From an uncultured Gemmatimonadaceae bacterium (GTDB lineage Bacteria; Gemmatimonadota; Gemmatimonadetes; Gemmatimonadales; Gemmatimonadaceae), in contig CAVXGK010000002.1 in NCBI GenBank assembly GCA_963761305.1, positions 192,001 through 256,000 of the forward strand: DNA of 64,000 nucleotides, in the 5' to 3' direction. Positions within the stretch are counted from its first letter, which is position 1; each line of letters opens with the position of its first letter. The translations under genes were made by a program, and so were the position numbers. Shown here one piece after another: positions 50,668 to 61,203 of this stretch. The notes under the pieces are model-generated. The model was given only the letters and a program-made list of their open reading frames with translations. It was not told the origin of the DNA and did no database searches.

Positions 50668-52425
50668 ATGTCGCGTCGACTGTTCGTCGCTCCATCGCGC
50701 GTTTGGCTCGCCGTAGGACTTCTCGCCTGGGCAGGCTCCGCGCACGCTCAGCGTGGCGGCGGAGGAGGCGGCGGCCGAGGTCGGGGCGCCGCGGCAGGAA
50801 CGGGCGCGGCCGCGGCGGATACGACGACTGGCTTCGTGATTCGCGACGTGACGACGCGGACGCGTTGCCAAAGTTGTCATCAGCGCGACTCGGCGGGCAT
50901 GCTCCAGCGCATCTCGTACGAGCGCAAGACGCCCGAAGGTTGGGAGATGACCGTGCGGCGCATGGTCGCGCTCAACAACGTCAAGCTGGAACCGGCCGAC
51001 GCACGCGCGATCGTGCGGTATCTGAGCGACAACCAGGGACTCGCACCGGCCGAGCTTCGACCGGGACGGTTCGAGGTCGAGCGTCGGACGATCGAGTATC
51101 GGTACACGGCGGATACCCGCACCGAAACGACCTGTCGCGCGTGTCACTCGATGGGGCGCGTGATCACGCAGCGTCGCACGCGGGGCGAATGGGAGCTGCT
51201 CGTCGCCACGCATCGCGCGCTCTATCCGGACGCCGACTTTCAGGCGTTCCGGCGCGGCGGCCCGGCGACGAACGACAGCGGAGCGGCGGTTCCACATCCG
51301 ATGGACGTCGCGATCAACCATCTCGCCCGCACGTTCCCGCTGCGGACGCCGGAATGGGCCGCCTGGTCGGCGACGATGCGGCCGCCGCATCTCGAGGGCA
51401 CGTGGTCGCTCAGCGGCAGCGAGCCCGGTCGCGGTGCGTTCTATGGAAGGATGACGGTCACGCGCGGCGCCGGCGATGGCGAGTTCGTCACCCAGGCGAC
51501 GTATCGCTACGCCGACGGCGGCAAGGTCGTGCAGCGCACCGGAAAGTCGATCGTGTACACCGGTTTCCAGTGGCGTGGCCGCTCGACGGATCCGGCGCTC
51601 AAGGCGACGGACACGGTCGGCCTGCGCGAGGTGATGTTCGTCGAGCCGGGCTGGGAAGAGATGTCCGGCCGCTGGTTCACCGGCGGCTACGACGAGGTCG
51701 GGATGGACGTGTCGCTCAAGAAGCTCGGCGCGAATCCCGTGCTGCTCGGCGTGGCGCCGCACGCGGTGCGCGTCGGAACGCGGGGCCAGGACGTCACGAT
51801 CTTCGGCGCGAATCTCCCGAAGAACATCGCGGCGACGGGCGTCGACTTCGGCCCCGGGGTGACGATCGAGCGCGTCGTCCGCGCGACACCGGACTCGATC
51901 ACCGTGCGCATGAACGTCGACTCGGCGGCGGTCATCGGCAAACGTGATCTCTACGCCGCCGGCGTGTCGCTGCGCGACGGCGCTGTCGTCTACGATCAGA
52001 TCAACCGCATCAAGGTCGTGCCGCTGGCCGGTCTCGCGCGCGTCGGCGGGAACGTCTTCCCGAAACAGCTCCAACAGTTCGACGCGATCGCCTACTACAA
52101 CGGACCCGACGGCAAACCGGACACCGACGACGATCTCGAGATCGGCCGCGTGAACGCCACCTGGTCGCTCGAGGAATACGGCGTCACGTACGACGACGAC
52201 GACGTGAAGTTCGTGGGCGCCGTCGACCAGACGGGGCTGTTCACGCCGAACGTCGACGGTCCGAATCCTCAGCGCAGCGCGAACCGCAACAACGTCGGCG
52301 ACGTGTGGGTCGTCGCGACGTATACACCCCCAGGCAAGTCGCCTCGCCCGCTGCGCGCTCGCGCGCAGCTCGTCGTCACCGTGCCGCTCTACATGCGGTT
52401 CGCACCCTGGAAAACGCAGCCATGA
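50668..52425 (+). CDS. qhpA: Quinohemoprotein amine dehydrogenase alpha subunit (diheme c)
   Basis: Signal peptide; CQSCH and CRACH; RIS--RKTPEGWEMT--RM; YTGFQWRG; ARVGG; GPDGKPDT-DDL; GPNPQR. Confidence 0.93.
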   Translation: MSRRLFVAPSRVWLAVGLLAWAGSAHAQRGGGGGGGRGRGAAAGTGAAAADTTTGFVIRDVTTRTRCQSCHQRDSAGMLQRISYERKTPEGWEMTVRRMVALNNVKLEPADARAIVRYLSDNQGLAPAELRPGRFEVERRTIEYRYTADTRTETTCRACHSMGRVITQRRTRGEWELLVATHRALYPDADFQAFRRGGPATNDSGAAVPHPMDVAINHLARTFPLRTPEWAAWSATMRPPHLEGTWSLSGSEPGRGAFYGRMTVTRGAGDGEFVTQATYRYADGGKVVQRTGKSIVYTGFQWRGRSTDPALKATDTVGLREVMFVEPGWEEMSGRWFTGGYDEVGMDVSLKKLGANPVLLGVAPHAVRVGTRGQDVTIFGANLPKNIAATGVDFGPGVTIERVVRATPDSITVRMNVDSAAVIGKRDLYAAGVSLRDGAVVYDQINRIKVVPLAGLARVGGNVFPKQLQQFDAIAYYNGPDGKPDTDDDLEIGRVNATWSLEEYGVTYDDDDVKFVGAVDQTGLFTPNVDGPNPQRSANRNNVGDVWVVATYTPPGKSPRPLRARAQLVVTVPLYMRFAPWKTQP

Positions 52426-53841
52426 TGCAGCTCCGGCGCGGTGAATATCACAGCTTTAGCGGTGGCGACGCGCGCTTTCTATACCTCGTGCCGTCGGCCG
52501 CTGTCGTGCGGCTCGACGACGTCGCCGAGGCCGTCCTCGAGACGCTGGCCGACGGAGATCGCACGGCGACCGAGCTCGCCGAGTCGCTCTCGACGCGGTG
52601 GGGTCCAGAGGTGATCCGCTCGTCGATCGATGAGTTGCTCGGCATGCGCGCGATTCATACGGTCGCGGCGCCGCCGCCCAAACCGGTTGCGGAGAAGCCC
52701 AAGCGACGCATTCCGCTCCAGACGCTCGTGCTCAACGTGACGAGCAAGTGCAACCTGTCGTGCGGCTACTGCTACGAGTACGGCGAGGATCGCATCGTCG
52801 AAGCCGCGAGCAAGCCCCGCTTCATGAACGAAGAGACGGCTCGGCAAAGCGTCGACTTCATGTTCAGCGAGGCGGGCGACTCGCCGGCGGTGAACTTGAC
52901 GTTCTTCGGCGGCGAGACGCTGCTCAACTTCAAGATGCTGAAGTCGGCGCTCGCCTACGCGCGGGAGCGCGCCGAGCCGTTGGGCAAGCAGGTGAACGCC
53001 AGCCTCACCACGAACGCGACGCTGTTGCGCGAAGAGATCATCGACTGGATCGTCGAGAACGACGTGGGCGTCACTGTGTCGATCGACGGCGCCAAGGAGC
53101 AACAGGACAAGTTCCGCGTCTTCGCGAACGGCATGGGGAGCTACGACCTCGTCGTGCCGAACATCAAAGAACTGTTACGCCGCCATCGTCGTCGCCCGGT
53201 CGGCGCGCGAGTCACGCTCACGGGACAGAATCTCGACGTCACCTCGATCTACCGGCACCTGTACGAGGAGCTGGGCTTCTGGGAAGTCGGCTTCGCGCCG
53301 GTGACCACGTCGTGGCAGCGCGAGTATGCGATCGAGGACGAGGGATTCCGGCAGCTGCTGTCCGGTTTCCAGACCCTCGCCGCCGACTATCTGAATGCGG
53401 CCCTGGCGGGCCGCCGTCATGGATTCTCGAACGTGCGCGATACGCTCGAGGAGATTCACAAGGGCATGAGCAAGGCCTATCCGTGCGGCGCCGGCCTCGG
53501 CCTCATGGGCGTGGCCACCGACGGCGACGTCGCGCTCTGCCACCGCTTCGCCGGATCGGACACGCACAAGCTGGGCACCGTGTTCGACGGCATCGATCAT
53601 TCGCGTCAGGACGACTTCCTGATGAAGCACCACATCGCCAACAAGACTGATTGCTCCACGTGCTGGGCGCGTCCGCTGTGCGCGGGCGGCTGCTATCATG
53701 AAGCACACACGCGCTACGGCTCGACCGTGGAGCCGAACCTGCACTACTGCGAGTGGATTCGCGCCTGGACGAACACCTGCCTTGAGATGTACGGCGTTCT
53801 CGCCGACAGAGAAGCCCGAGTTCCTGGCGCAGTTCGATTAA
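52422..53841 (+). CDS. qhpD: Radical SAM/SPASM thioether-forming maturase; likely frameshift near 53808, true end ...KPEFLAQFD*
   Basis: CNLSCGYC, FFGGE, YPCGAG, LCHRF, CSTCWARPLCAGGCYHE. Confidence 0.92.
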
Positions 53842-53843
53842 TC

Positions 53844-53878
53844 GTCCACCGTCCACCTGTCCACCCGTCCACCCGTCC
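53844..53878 (+). repeat. Degenerate (GTCCACCY)n array filling the qhpD-qhpC gap
   Basis: GTCCACC GTCCACCT GTCCACCC GTCCACCC GTCC-ATG. Confidence 0.9.
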
Positions 53879-54208
53879 ATGCGACACCTGACGCCGATCA
53901 ATCAAAAGGCTCGCCGGATCGAAGCGACGATCGAGAACGACGTCGTCGCGCTCCAGCAGGGCGGGCCGCAAAACGCGCCGCACGTCCCACTCGGCTGCAC
54001 GTTCGTCTTCTCGCCGGGATGGGAGGTCGACTCGAGCGGCGGCACCGCGGGTCTGTGCCAGCCGGTGGAACGCGATCTGTTCGACTGCCACCTCACGTGC
54101 TTCTGGCCGGCGCAGGTGCCCGATCTGTACAACTACGCCCCGGATTGGACAGGGAAGTGCGCGTCCGCGCAGAAGGACTGGCGCAAAATCGACCTCATCT
54201 TCCCATGA
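53879..54208 (+). CDS. qhpC: QHNDH gamma subunit precursor (CTQ-bearing, RiPP-like)
   Basis: Leader MRHLTPINQKA...DVVAL; core GC----PGWEVD, LCQPVERDL, C---CFWPAQVPD, DWRK. Confidence 0.95.
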   Translation: MRHLTPINQKARRIEATIENDVVALQQGGPQNAPHVPLGCTFVFSPGWEVDSSGGTAGLCQPVERDLFDCHLTCFWPAQVPDLYNYAPDWTGKCASAQKDWRKIDLIFP

Positions 54209-55336
54209 GACACGCGTTTCGCACCGCCGCCGCGCTGATCACGCTTGTCGCGCTGGCGCCGCTCGGCATCGCCGCGCAGGCGCCGAGGCTCGCGTCGGCC
54301 GACCCGATTCCGTCCGGCGGCGACGGCAGCATCTACGTCGGCACGTACGCGCGCAACATCCTCGTCCTCGACGAGGCGACGATGCGCGTGCGCGACACCC
54401 TGCACACGTCGGTCGGCATTCCCGAGATCTCGCTCTCGTTCGACAGGAAGCACCTCTACGTAACCGATCCCGGCGACGAGAAGGTCGAGATTCTCGACCT
54501 CGCCACGAAGCAGTCGCTCGGCATGTTCACGCTGTCGCACGACAGCGTGAAGGTGCGCATGAACGGATTCAGCCTCGACCCGATGGAGCGCTTCGCCATC
54601 ATTTTGGTGAAGATCTACACCAAGCATCGTGACCGGTACGAGGTGAGCCGCCCCACGCTGCTCCGCTACGATCTCGCGAAGCGTGAGGTGACGGACACGA
54701 TCGCCTGGCCGCGCGGCGAAGAACGCGAGTTCGCCCAGATCATTTTCGCGCCCAAGGGCGACCTGATGTACTTCTTCACGCAGGACGACGTGTTGATCTA
54801 CGACTCCAACACGCTCAAGCAGGTCGATCACTGGGACATTTCGCGGACGCTGTTCGAAGAAGGCCTCGGCCGCATCAACTTCGGACTGCCGTACGACGTC
54901 TACGAGGAGCCGGGCTTCTACACGGGTCTCTTCCGCACCAACGATCCGGTGAACCACCGCACGCAAATGGGCGTCGCCCGCATGGATCTCGCGAACCGCC
55001 AGCTCGACTTCTATTCGCTCGGTCCGCAGCCAGGCGGTGAGCTTCCGACTCGCTCCGGATCGCAAGCGTGCCTATGGCATCCACAGCGAGGTCGGCAACT
55101 ATCAGTTCTGGACGTTCGATCTCGAGTCGCGCCGCGTGCTCGGCAAGACGGAGTTCCCTGGGCGGCCGCGCATGGGGCTCGTGGTCAGCTCCAACGGCAC
55201 GCAGCTCTACATCACGACAGCCGGGAGCACGATCGACCGGTTCGCGACGCAGGGCTTCGAGCGTCTGGGAACCGTGAACCTCGGGGCGGACATGACAAAC
55301 GTCATCTTGGTCCCGCGTGCGGCTGCCGCGAGATAA
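54205..55336 (+). CDS. qhpB: QHNDH beta subunit (beta propeller), +1 frameshift near 55027
   Basis: ATGA overlap with qhpC, signal peptide, YVTN-like repeats; continues in ORF 55037-55336. Confidence 0.75.
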
Positions 55337-55386
55337 CAAGTGAGTGCGGTGTACGGAGTGCGGAGACGAGCCTGCCGCGATTTTCG

Positions 55387-57124
55387 TTGCTAGACAGAGA
55401 TCTCAAGCGCGCGCTCAGCTACGTCACGCCGCACTGGAAGCGGCTCGCGTTGGTGCTGGCGCTGTCGCTCATCAGCACCGTCGCCGCGCTGTACATCCCG
55501 TACCTCTCGCGACTGCTGATCGATCGTGCGCTGCTCGGGCGCGACAGCGCGGCGCTCGTCAGGATCATTCTTCAGTTCACCGTCCTCACGCTCGGCAGCT
55601 TCGCGCTCAACGTCGTGAGCGGCCTGGTGTACACACGTGCGTCGGCCGAAATCCTGTTCGAGATGCGGCTCGGCCGTGTTCCGTCAGTTGCAGCGGCTGT
55701 CGCCGAGGTTCTTCGCGAACATGCCGGTGGGGCAGATCGCGACGCGACTCAATGCGGACATCGGCGAGATCCAGCGCGTGGCCGCCGAGATCGCGCTCGC
55801 CTGGTTGGGCAACGTGATCTTTCTCGTCGGCAGCGTGATCATCCTCTTCCGACTCGACCGCACGCTCTTTCTGGTCAGCTTCGCGCTGCTGCCGCTCGCG
55901 CTGTGGGCGCTCGTGCGATACCGCTCGCGCATGGAGACGGCCGTCGCGGGCGTCCGCGACAGAAGCGCCGACGTCGGCAGCTACCTGATCGAAGCCCTGC
56001 TTGGGATGAAGGTGATCGTGGCGTTCAACGCGCAGGAGCGCGAAGCGTCGCGGTTTCGCGCCAACAACGACGCCTTCATCGATGCGCTGATGTCGATGCG
56101 CCGGCTGACCTATCTCTCCGGCGGCGTGCCGGGATTGCTGCTGTCGGCCGGGAGCGCGTTGGTGTTCCTCGTCGGCGGCATGCGCGTGATCGACCACACG
56201 ATCACGATGGGCACGCTGGTCGCGTTCGTCGCGTATCAAATGCGGTTGGTCTGGCCGATCCAGGCCCTCATGGGATTGTACGCCAGCCTCGCGTCGGCGC
56301 GCGTATCGCTCAAGCGCGTCAGCGAGATCCTCGACGCGCCCGTGGACGTCGTCGAGTCACCCGCAGCTGTGGCGTTGCCCTCGGCGCGCGGGCGTATGAC
56401 GCTCGAACATGTCACGTACGCGTTCGGCCGCGGCGGACCGGTGCTCGACGGCGTCTCGCTCGACGTTTCGCCGGGCGAATGCGTCGCGATCGTCGGACGC
56501 AGCGGCGAAGGCAAGTCGACGATCGCCGATCTGCTCGTGCGACAGCTCGACCCGGAGAACGGGCGCGTGCTGCTGGACGGCGTCGACCTGCGCGCGGCGC
56601 GACTGGCGGACATCCGTCGGCACGTGCTAGTGGTGGATCAAGATCCGTTCGTGTTCAACGCGACGCTCGCCGAGAACATTCGCTATGCGCGACCAGGGGC
56701 CAGCGACGCCGACGTGCGCGCCGCGGCTGACTCGGCCGGCCTAGGTGCTCTTCTCGCGCGCACTCCGCGCGGGCTCGACACGAGCGCCGGTGAACGCGGC
56801 CGCGCGCTGTCGGCCGGCGAGCGCCAGCGCCTCGCGATCGCGCGCGCATTTCTCGCCGACCCGGCCGTGTTGGTGCTCGACGAGGCGACGGGAGCGTTGG
56901 ATCCGGCCACCGAGGCGCAGGTCGCCGCAGGCTACGAAGCCGTGATGGCCGGCCGCACGACGATCCTCATCACGCACCGGCTCGAGCTCGCGCGCCGCGC
57001 CGACCGCGTGCTCGTGCTCGCGCGCGGCCGGATCGTCGAGGAGGGAACGGCCGCGACGCTGCTCGGCCTCGGGCAATCGTTCGCCAGCCTCTTTTCGGCC
57101 GGCGTGTTGGCCCAGACGCTCTAG
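55387..57124 (+). CDS. qhpF: ABC exporter (TMD+NBD), +1 frameshift near 55672
   Basis: TM region, GRSGEGKST, LSAGERQR, LVLDEAT, ITHR; lies within the qhp operon. Confidence 0.85.
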
Positions 57125-57127
57125 CCC

Positions 57128-57835
57128 GTGCGCTTCACGTTGGCGGACACACCATTTGCCGGACGCACCGGCCGCGGAGTGACCGTCGCGCTTCTCGACA
57201 GCGGCGTGCACGGCGACCATCCGCACGTGGGCGGCGTGCGAGGTGGAACGTCGTTTCTGCCCGGTAACAACGCCAGCGATTTCGTCGATCGCGTGGGTCA
57301 TGGGACGGCGGTTGCGGCGGCGATTCGCGAGAAGAGTCCCGCGGTCGACCTCATTGCCGCGCGAATCTTCGACCGGCAACTGGCGACGAACGTCGACGTC
57401 CTCGTCCAGGCGATTTGCTGGGCGGCCGATGAAGGCGCGCAGCTGATCAACCTCAGCCTGGGCACGACGAATCCCGCGCACGCCGAAAAGCTCGGGCCGG
57501 CGGTGAGCTACGCCGCGGAGCGGGGCTCGATCGTCATCTCGGCGCGGGAGTGGAACGGCACCACGTGGCTGCCGGGCAGTCTCGCCGGAGTCGTTGGCGT
57601 GGTGGCCGACGCCGAGCTGGATCGCGACGAAATCGATGTCACCACGGCGGGCGACCAGCTGCCACACTTCAAGGCGGCGCCGTTCCCGCGACCGATTCCC
57701 AACGTGCCTCGCGAGCGGAATCTCTCAGGTGTGTCGTTCGCGGTCGCGAACGTGACGGGCTTCCTGGCGCGAGCGACCGAAGCGTGCGGCGATCCGTTCA
57801 GCGCGGCGGCATTTGCACGGCGTTCGACGGTGTGA
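57128..57835 (+). CDS. qhpE: Small subtilisin-like S8 protease (leader peptidase)
   Basis: Catalytic triad LLDSG, GHGTAV, LSGVSFA; INLSLG; 235 aa with no signal peptide. Confidence 0.85.
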   Translation: MRFTLADTPFAGRTGRGVTVALLDSGVHGDHPHVGGVRGGTSFLPGNNASDFVDRVGHGTAVAAAIREKSPAVDLIAARIFDRQLATNVDVLVQAICWAADEGAQLINLSLGTTNPAHAEKLGPAVSYAAERGSIVISAREWNGTTWLPGSLAGVVGVVADAELDRDEIDVTTAGDQLPHFKAAPFPRPIPNVPRERNLSGVSFAVANVTGFLARATEACGDPFSAAAFARRSTV

Positions 57836-59327
57836 AGCGTCGTCCAAAATGGTAGTCCGACCACGAGAGGAAGTATTTCCAATTCGGCGCGTCGGTGTGG
57901 CCGCCGTCGTGTTGGCGCCACGCGAGCTGTCCGTCGAGCAGGCCGACGTTCACCGGCGGCATCTTCTCTTTCGTGTAGTCATCCGACACGCCGAGTCCTT
58001 TCGCGCCGAGCAGGCGAAAGACGGGCTGCGCGGCGACCGCCGCCATGAAGCTGCCCTGATGGTCGAGCCATTTCGCGTCGCCCTTCTCGGGAACACCGTA
58101 GCTCACGAAGGTGAGCCGGGGTGCGCAGAGCGCGAGCAGCTCGTGCGAATCCACGGGTAGGTCGCCGGCGTTCTTGCTGCCGAACGTCGCGTCGGATGCG
58201 CCGTACTCGAGGAAGTTGCCGGCCATCCAGTGGTATTCGCCGCTGCCGGTGAGACTCTCGACCGCTTCGCCCCAATTGCGACGGTTCAGTTTGGCGCCGC
58301 CCTCGCCGGACGATCCGATGAGCACTGTCGCGAACCGAACGTCGAACGCCATCGTGACGAGCGCCGCCTTGCCGTAGCGCGACACGCCCTCGATGCCGAC
58401 CTCGTTCGCGTTCACCGCGGCATCCGTCTCGAGATAGTCGAGCGTACGCGACGCGCCCCACGCCCAGGCGCGCAACGCACCCCAGTCGTCGGGCTTGCGC
58501 GGCTGTCCGCGGTTCGCGAGACCGATGATGCCTTTGGTGAGTCCGGCGCCGTTGTCGGCTTGAATGCTCGTGGGATTCAAGAACACGAATCCCCACCCGT
58601 CTACGATGAGTTGCTCGGTCGCCGGCGCGTCGCTGCCCGGTGGCGGCGGTGGAAACGTGAACGCCGGACGGCCCGGTGGCGGTGGCGGCGGCGGCGCGGG
58701 TCGGCCGAGCGCCTGGTCGAGGTTGCCCGGGCGAAACATGATCATGACGGGGGCGCGCGCTTTCGCGTCGGCCGGCACCACGAGCGTCGCCGGAATGTCG
58801 ATCGTGAGCGCCGGATACGCCGAGTTGTCGACGTGGCCGACGAGCTGCTTTCCGATGACGCGATGTCCGGCAATGGTGCCGGTGTCTGTCGCCGTCACCG
58901 TCCACGTCACCTTGGGCACGTCGCCCGGGATGCGCCCGTACACATCGCGCTCGAACAGCTTGACCAACTCGGCCCTTCGCGTCGTCCACTGCTGGGGCGT
59001 CGTCACTTTGTGCCCATTCGCCAGCGTGAGGACGTCCGGCAAGTTGGGGAAGGGATTTGCTTGCGCCTCGTCGTAGTTCGCGTGGTTCGCGTCCTGCTCG
59101 TTGCCGCTCGGTCCCGGGCGCAGCGCTCTGATGCCGAGTTGCTCCATCATTTGCTGGTGATCTTGCGCCGTCGTCCAATTCTTTGTGTCGGGCGCCGCCG
59201 GAGTGCCGGCCGGCTGCTGCGCGGTCGCGAATGACCCGGCGAGGGCGATGAGCGACAGCGCGCCGATCGCGGTCAACGTCATCGGCGCACATGGCGAATT
59301 TGCGGGGAACACGATGGAGTGGCGCAT
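57798..59327 (-). CDS. CE15 glucuronoyl-esterase-like secreted hydrolase
   Basis: WGALRAWAWGASR, G-SRYGK nucleophile motif, DSHELLALCAPR, HDGGH. Start uncertain. Confidence 0.8.
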   Translation of the reverse strand: MRHSIVFPANSPCAPMTLTAIGALSLIALAGSFATAQQPAGTPAAPDTKNWTTAQDHQQMMEQLGIRALRPGPSGNEQDANHANYDEAQANPFPNLPDVLTLANGHKVTTPQQWTTRRAELVKLFERDVYGRIPGDVPKVTWTVTATDTGTIAGHRVIGKQLVGHVDNSAYPALTIDIPATLVVPADAKARAPVMIMFRPGNLDQALGRPAPPPPPPPGRPAFTFPPPPPGSDAPATEQLIVDGWGFVFLNPTSIQADNGAGLTKGIIGLANRGQPRKPDDWGALRAWAWGASRTLDYLETDAAVNANEVGIEGVSRYGKAALVTMAFDVRFATVLIGSSGEGGAKLNRRNWGEAVESLTGSGEYHWMAGNFLEYGASDATFGSKNAGDLPVDSHELLALCAPRLTFVSYGVPEKGDAKWLDHQGSFMAAVAAQPVFRLLGAKGLGVSDDYTKEKMPPVNVGLLDGQLAWRQHDGGHTDAPNWKYFLSWSDYHFGRRFTPSNAVQMPPR

Positions 59328-59485
59328 GGAGTGGCAGTCGTGTCGGTGAGCGCGTTGACGCGTTGGGTCATCATATGGATTGCTGACGTCCGCCACAATG
59401 TCGAGACCGTCAGCAGGCTCGGCGCCACCTCGCACTCGGGCGCGCGCTCGCGTTATCTTGTCGGCTCAATGGCAGCACCGACACG

Positions 59486-60841
59486 ATGACGTGGCTCGCC
59501 GACGCCGGCGAAATGGGGCCGCTTCTCCGCAGCACCGACTGGTCGGCCACCGGCCTCGGGGCGCTCGACACGTGGTCAGCGAGCCGGAAGACGGCCGTTG
59601 GCATTTGTCTTCGTTCGCCATTGCCGACGGCGCTCTTTCTCGGACCGGAACAGCGACTCATCTACAACCAGCACTTCGTTCGGTTTCTGCCGACCGGCGG
59701 GCACCCGGCGGCGATCGGTCGCCCAGGAGATGCCGTCCGCGCCTCCATCAACGGTGCAGCGTTCGACTTCAGTCCGATCCTCGCTTCGGATGGCGAAACC
59801 GTCGATGGCACGCTCTGCGTTCACACCGGATTTCGCGCGTCGGCGATGGACGATGTGGGCGAGCTGCGGGCTGCGGTCGATCTCTTCAAGCTGGGGAGAT
59901 ATCGGCAGGATCCCGTCACACAGGTGATCGAGTGGGACGCGCACCTCAAAGCCATGTGGGGCCTGGCGCCCGACGCGCCGGTGGACCTCGGCGTCTTCAT
60001 CGCCGGAATTCATCCGGACGACCGTGAACGTGTTCAGGCCGCGCTGGGTCAGAGCGTGGATCCCGCGGGCGACGGTGTCTGCGACATCGAGTATCGTGTC
60101 GTCGGCGTGAACGGCGGCCCGGAGCGATGGGTAGCCACGCGCGGCAAGACCGTATTCGAGCAGGGACGCGTGGCGAGTTTTCACGGCGTGGTGCTCGACA
60201 TTTCCGAGCGCAAGCGCGCCGAGCATGCCAACCTCACCTTGATCGCCGAGTTGCAACACCGAACGCGCAATCTTCTCGCGGTCGTGGACGGACTCGCCGA
60301 GCAGACGCTTGCCTCGTGTGACACGCTGTCGGAGTTCTCCGGTCCATTCCGCGAGCGCCTGGCCACGCTGTCGCGCGTCCAGGGCTTGTTGTCGCGCGGG
60401 GAGTCGACATCCGTCATGATCAACCAGCTGGCGACGCTGGAACTGCGCGCGCTCGGCGCGGAGCCCGACGGCGAGCGTGTCGTCGTGGACGGACCCGAGG
60501 TCGCGCTTCCGAATCGGTCGGTTCAGATTCTTGCGCTGGGACTCCACGAGCTGGCCACGAACGCCCGCAAGTACGGGGCTTTGGCATCGCCCGTCGGACG
60601 TCTGCGCGTGACCTGGACCGTCACGAACGAGGCGAAACAGCGACGGCTCGTGCTGCATTGGCACGAGACCGGCATCTTTCCACGCACCGATGCGCCGCCG
60701 GGAGGCGCGCGCGTGGGGTTGGGTCGTACCCTCATTGAAAAGGCGTTGCCGTACCAACTCGACGCACTGACGCACCTCGAGATCGGCGACGATGTAGTGC
60801 ACTGCGTCGTGTCCATCGCGCTTGACCAGGAGCCGTCGTGA
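59486..60841 (+). CDS. PAS-domain HWE-type sensor histidine kinase
   Basis: IHPDD PAS, ELQHRTRNL, LHELATNARKYGAL, W-E-G, G-G--LIE. Confidence 0.88.
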   Translation: MTWLADAGEMGPLLRSTDWSATGLGALDTWSASRKTAVGICLRSPLPTALFLGPEQRLIYNQHFVRFLPTGGHPAAIGRPGDAVRASINGAAFDFSPILASDGETVDGTLCVHTGFRASAMDDVGELRAAVDLFKLGRYRQDPVTQVIEWDAHLKAMWGLAPDAPVDLGVFIAGIHPDDRERVQAALGQSVDPAGDGVCDIEYRVVGVNGGPERWVATRGKTVFEQGRVASFHGVVLDISERKRAEHANLTLIAELQHRTRNLLAVVDGLAEQTLASCDTLSEFSGPFRERLATLSRVQGLLSRGESTSVMINQLATLELRALGAEPDGERVVVDGPEVALPNRSVQILALGLHELATNARKYGALASPVGRLRVTWTVTNEAKQRRLVLHWHETGIFPRTDAPPGGARVGLGRTLIEKALPYQLDALTHLEIGDDVVHCVVSIALDQEPS

Positions 60842-61200
60842 ATTTACCTGATTTGGATGGTCTTCGAATTCTTGTAATCGAAGACGAACACATAGTCGCT
60901 GAAGCGCTGTCGCGTTGCCTGCGAACGTCGGGCGCCGAGATCGTGGGGCCGGCCGCCACGGTGGAGCAAGCGCTCACGCTGCTCGCGACGTCGGACCGGA
61001 TCGACGGCGCGCTGCTGGACATCGACTTGAGAGGCATTCGCGCCTTCGCGGTGGCCGACGATCTGATCGCGCGCGGCGTGCCCTTCGTGTTCGCGACGGG
61101 ATACGAGACGATGATCCCGGATCGGTATCGCCACGTCGCCGTGGTGCAGAAGCCGTTCGACGTCGCCGAGACCGCCGCGGCGTTGTTTCCTACGCTGTAA
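60838..61200 (+). CDS. Single-domain response regulator
   Basis: ILVIEDE, LLDIDL, FATGY, QKP; overlaps the kinase stop. Confidence 0.88.
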   Translation: MNLPDLDGLRILVIEDEHIVAEALSRCLRTSGAEIVGPAATVEQALTLLATSDRIDGALLDIDLRGIRAFAVADDLIARGVPFVFATGYETMIPDRYRHVAVVQKPFDVAETAAALFPTL

Positions 61201-61203
61201 GCC

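Noticed and set aside
52305..53891. Extended QhpD termini in the ORF track
   Set aside because: The true start is probably the ATG overlapping the qhpA stop (52422). The C-terminal HRPPVHPSTRP is the octamer array read through after a frameshift.
54019..56730. 903-aa ORF that looks like a QhpB-ABC transporter fusion
   Set aside because: Artefact of frameshifts at about 55027 and 55672. The qhpB C-terminus and stop are in another frame (55037-55336), and the ORF tail is out-of-frame sequence.
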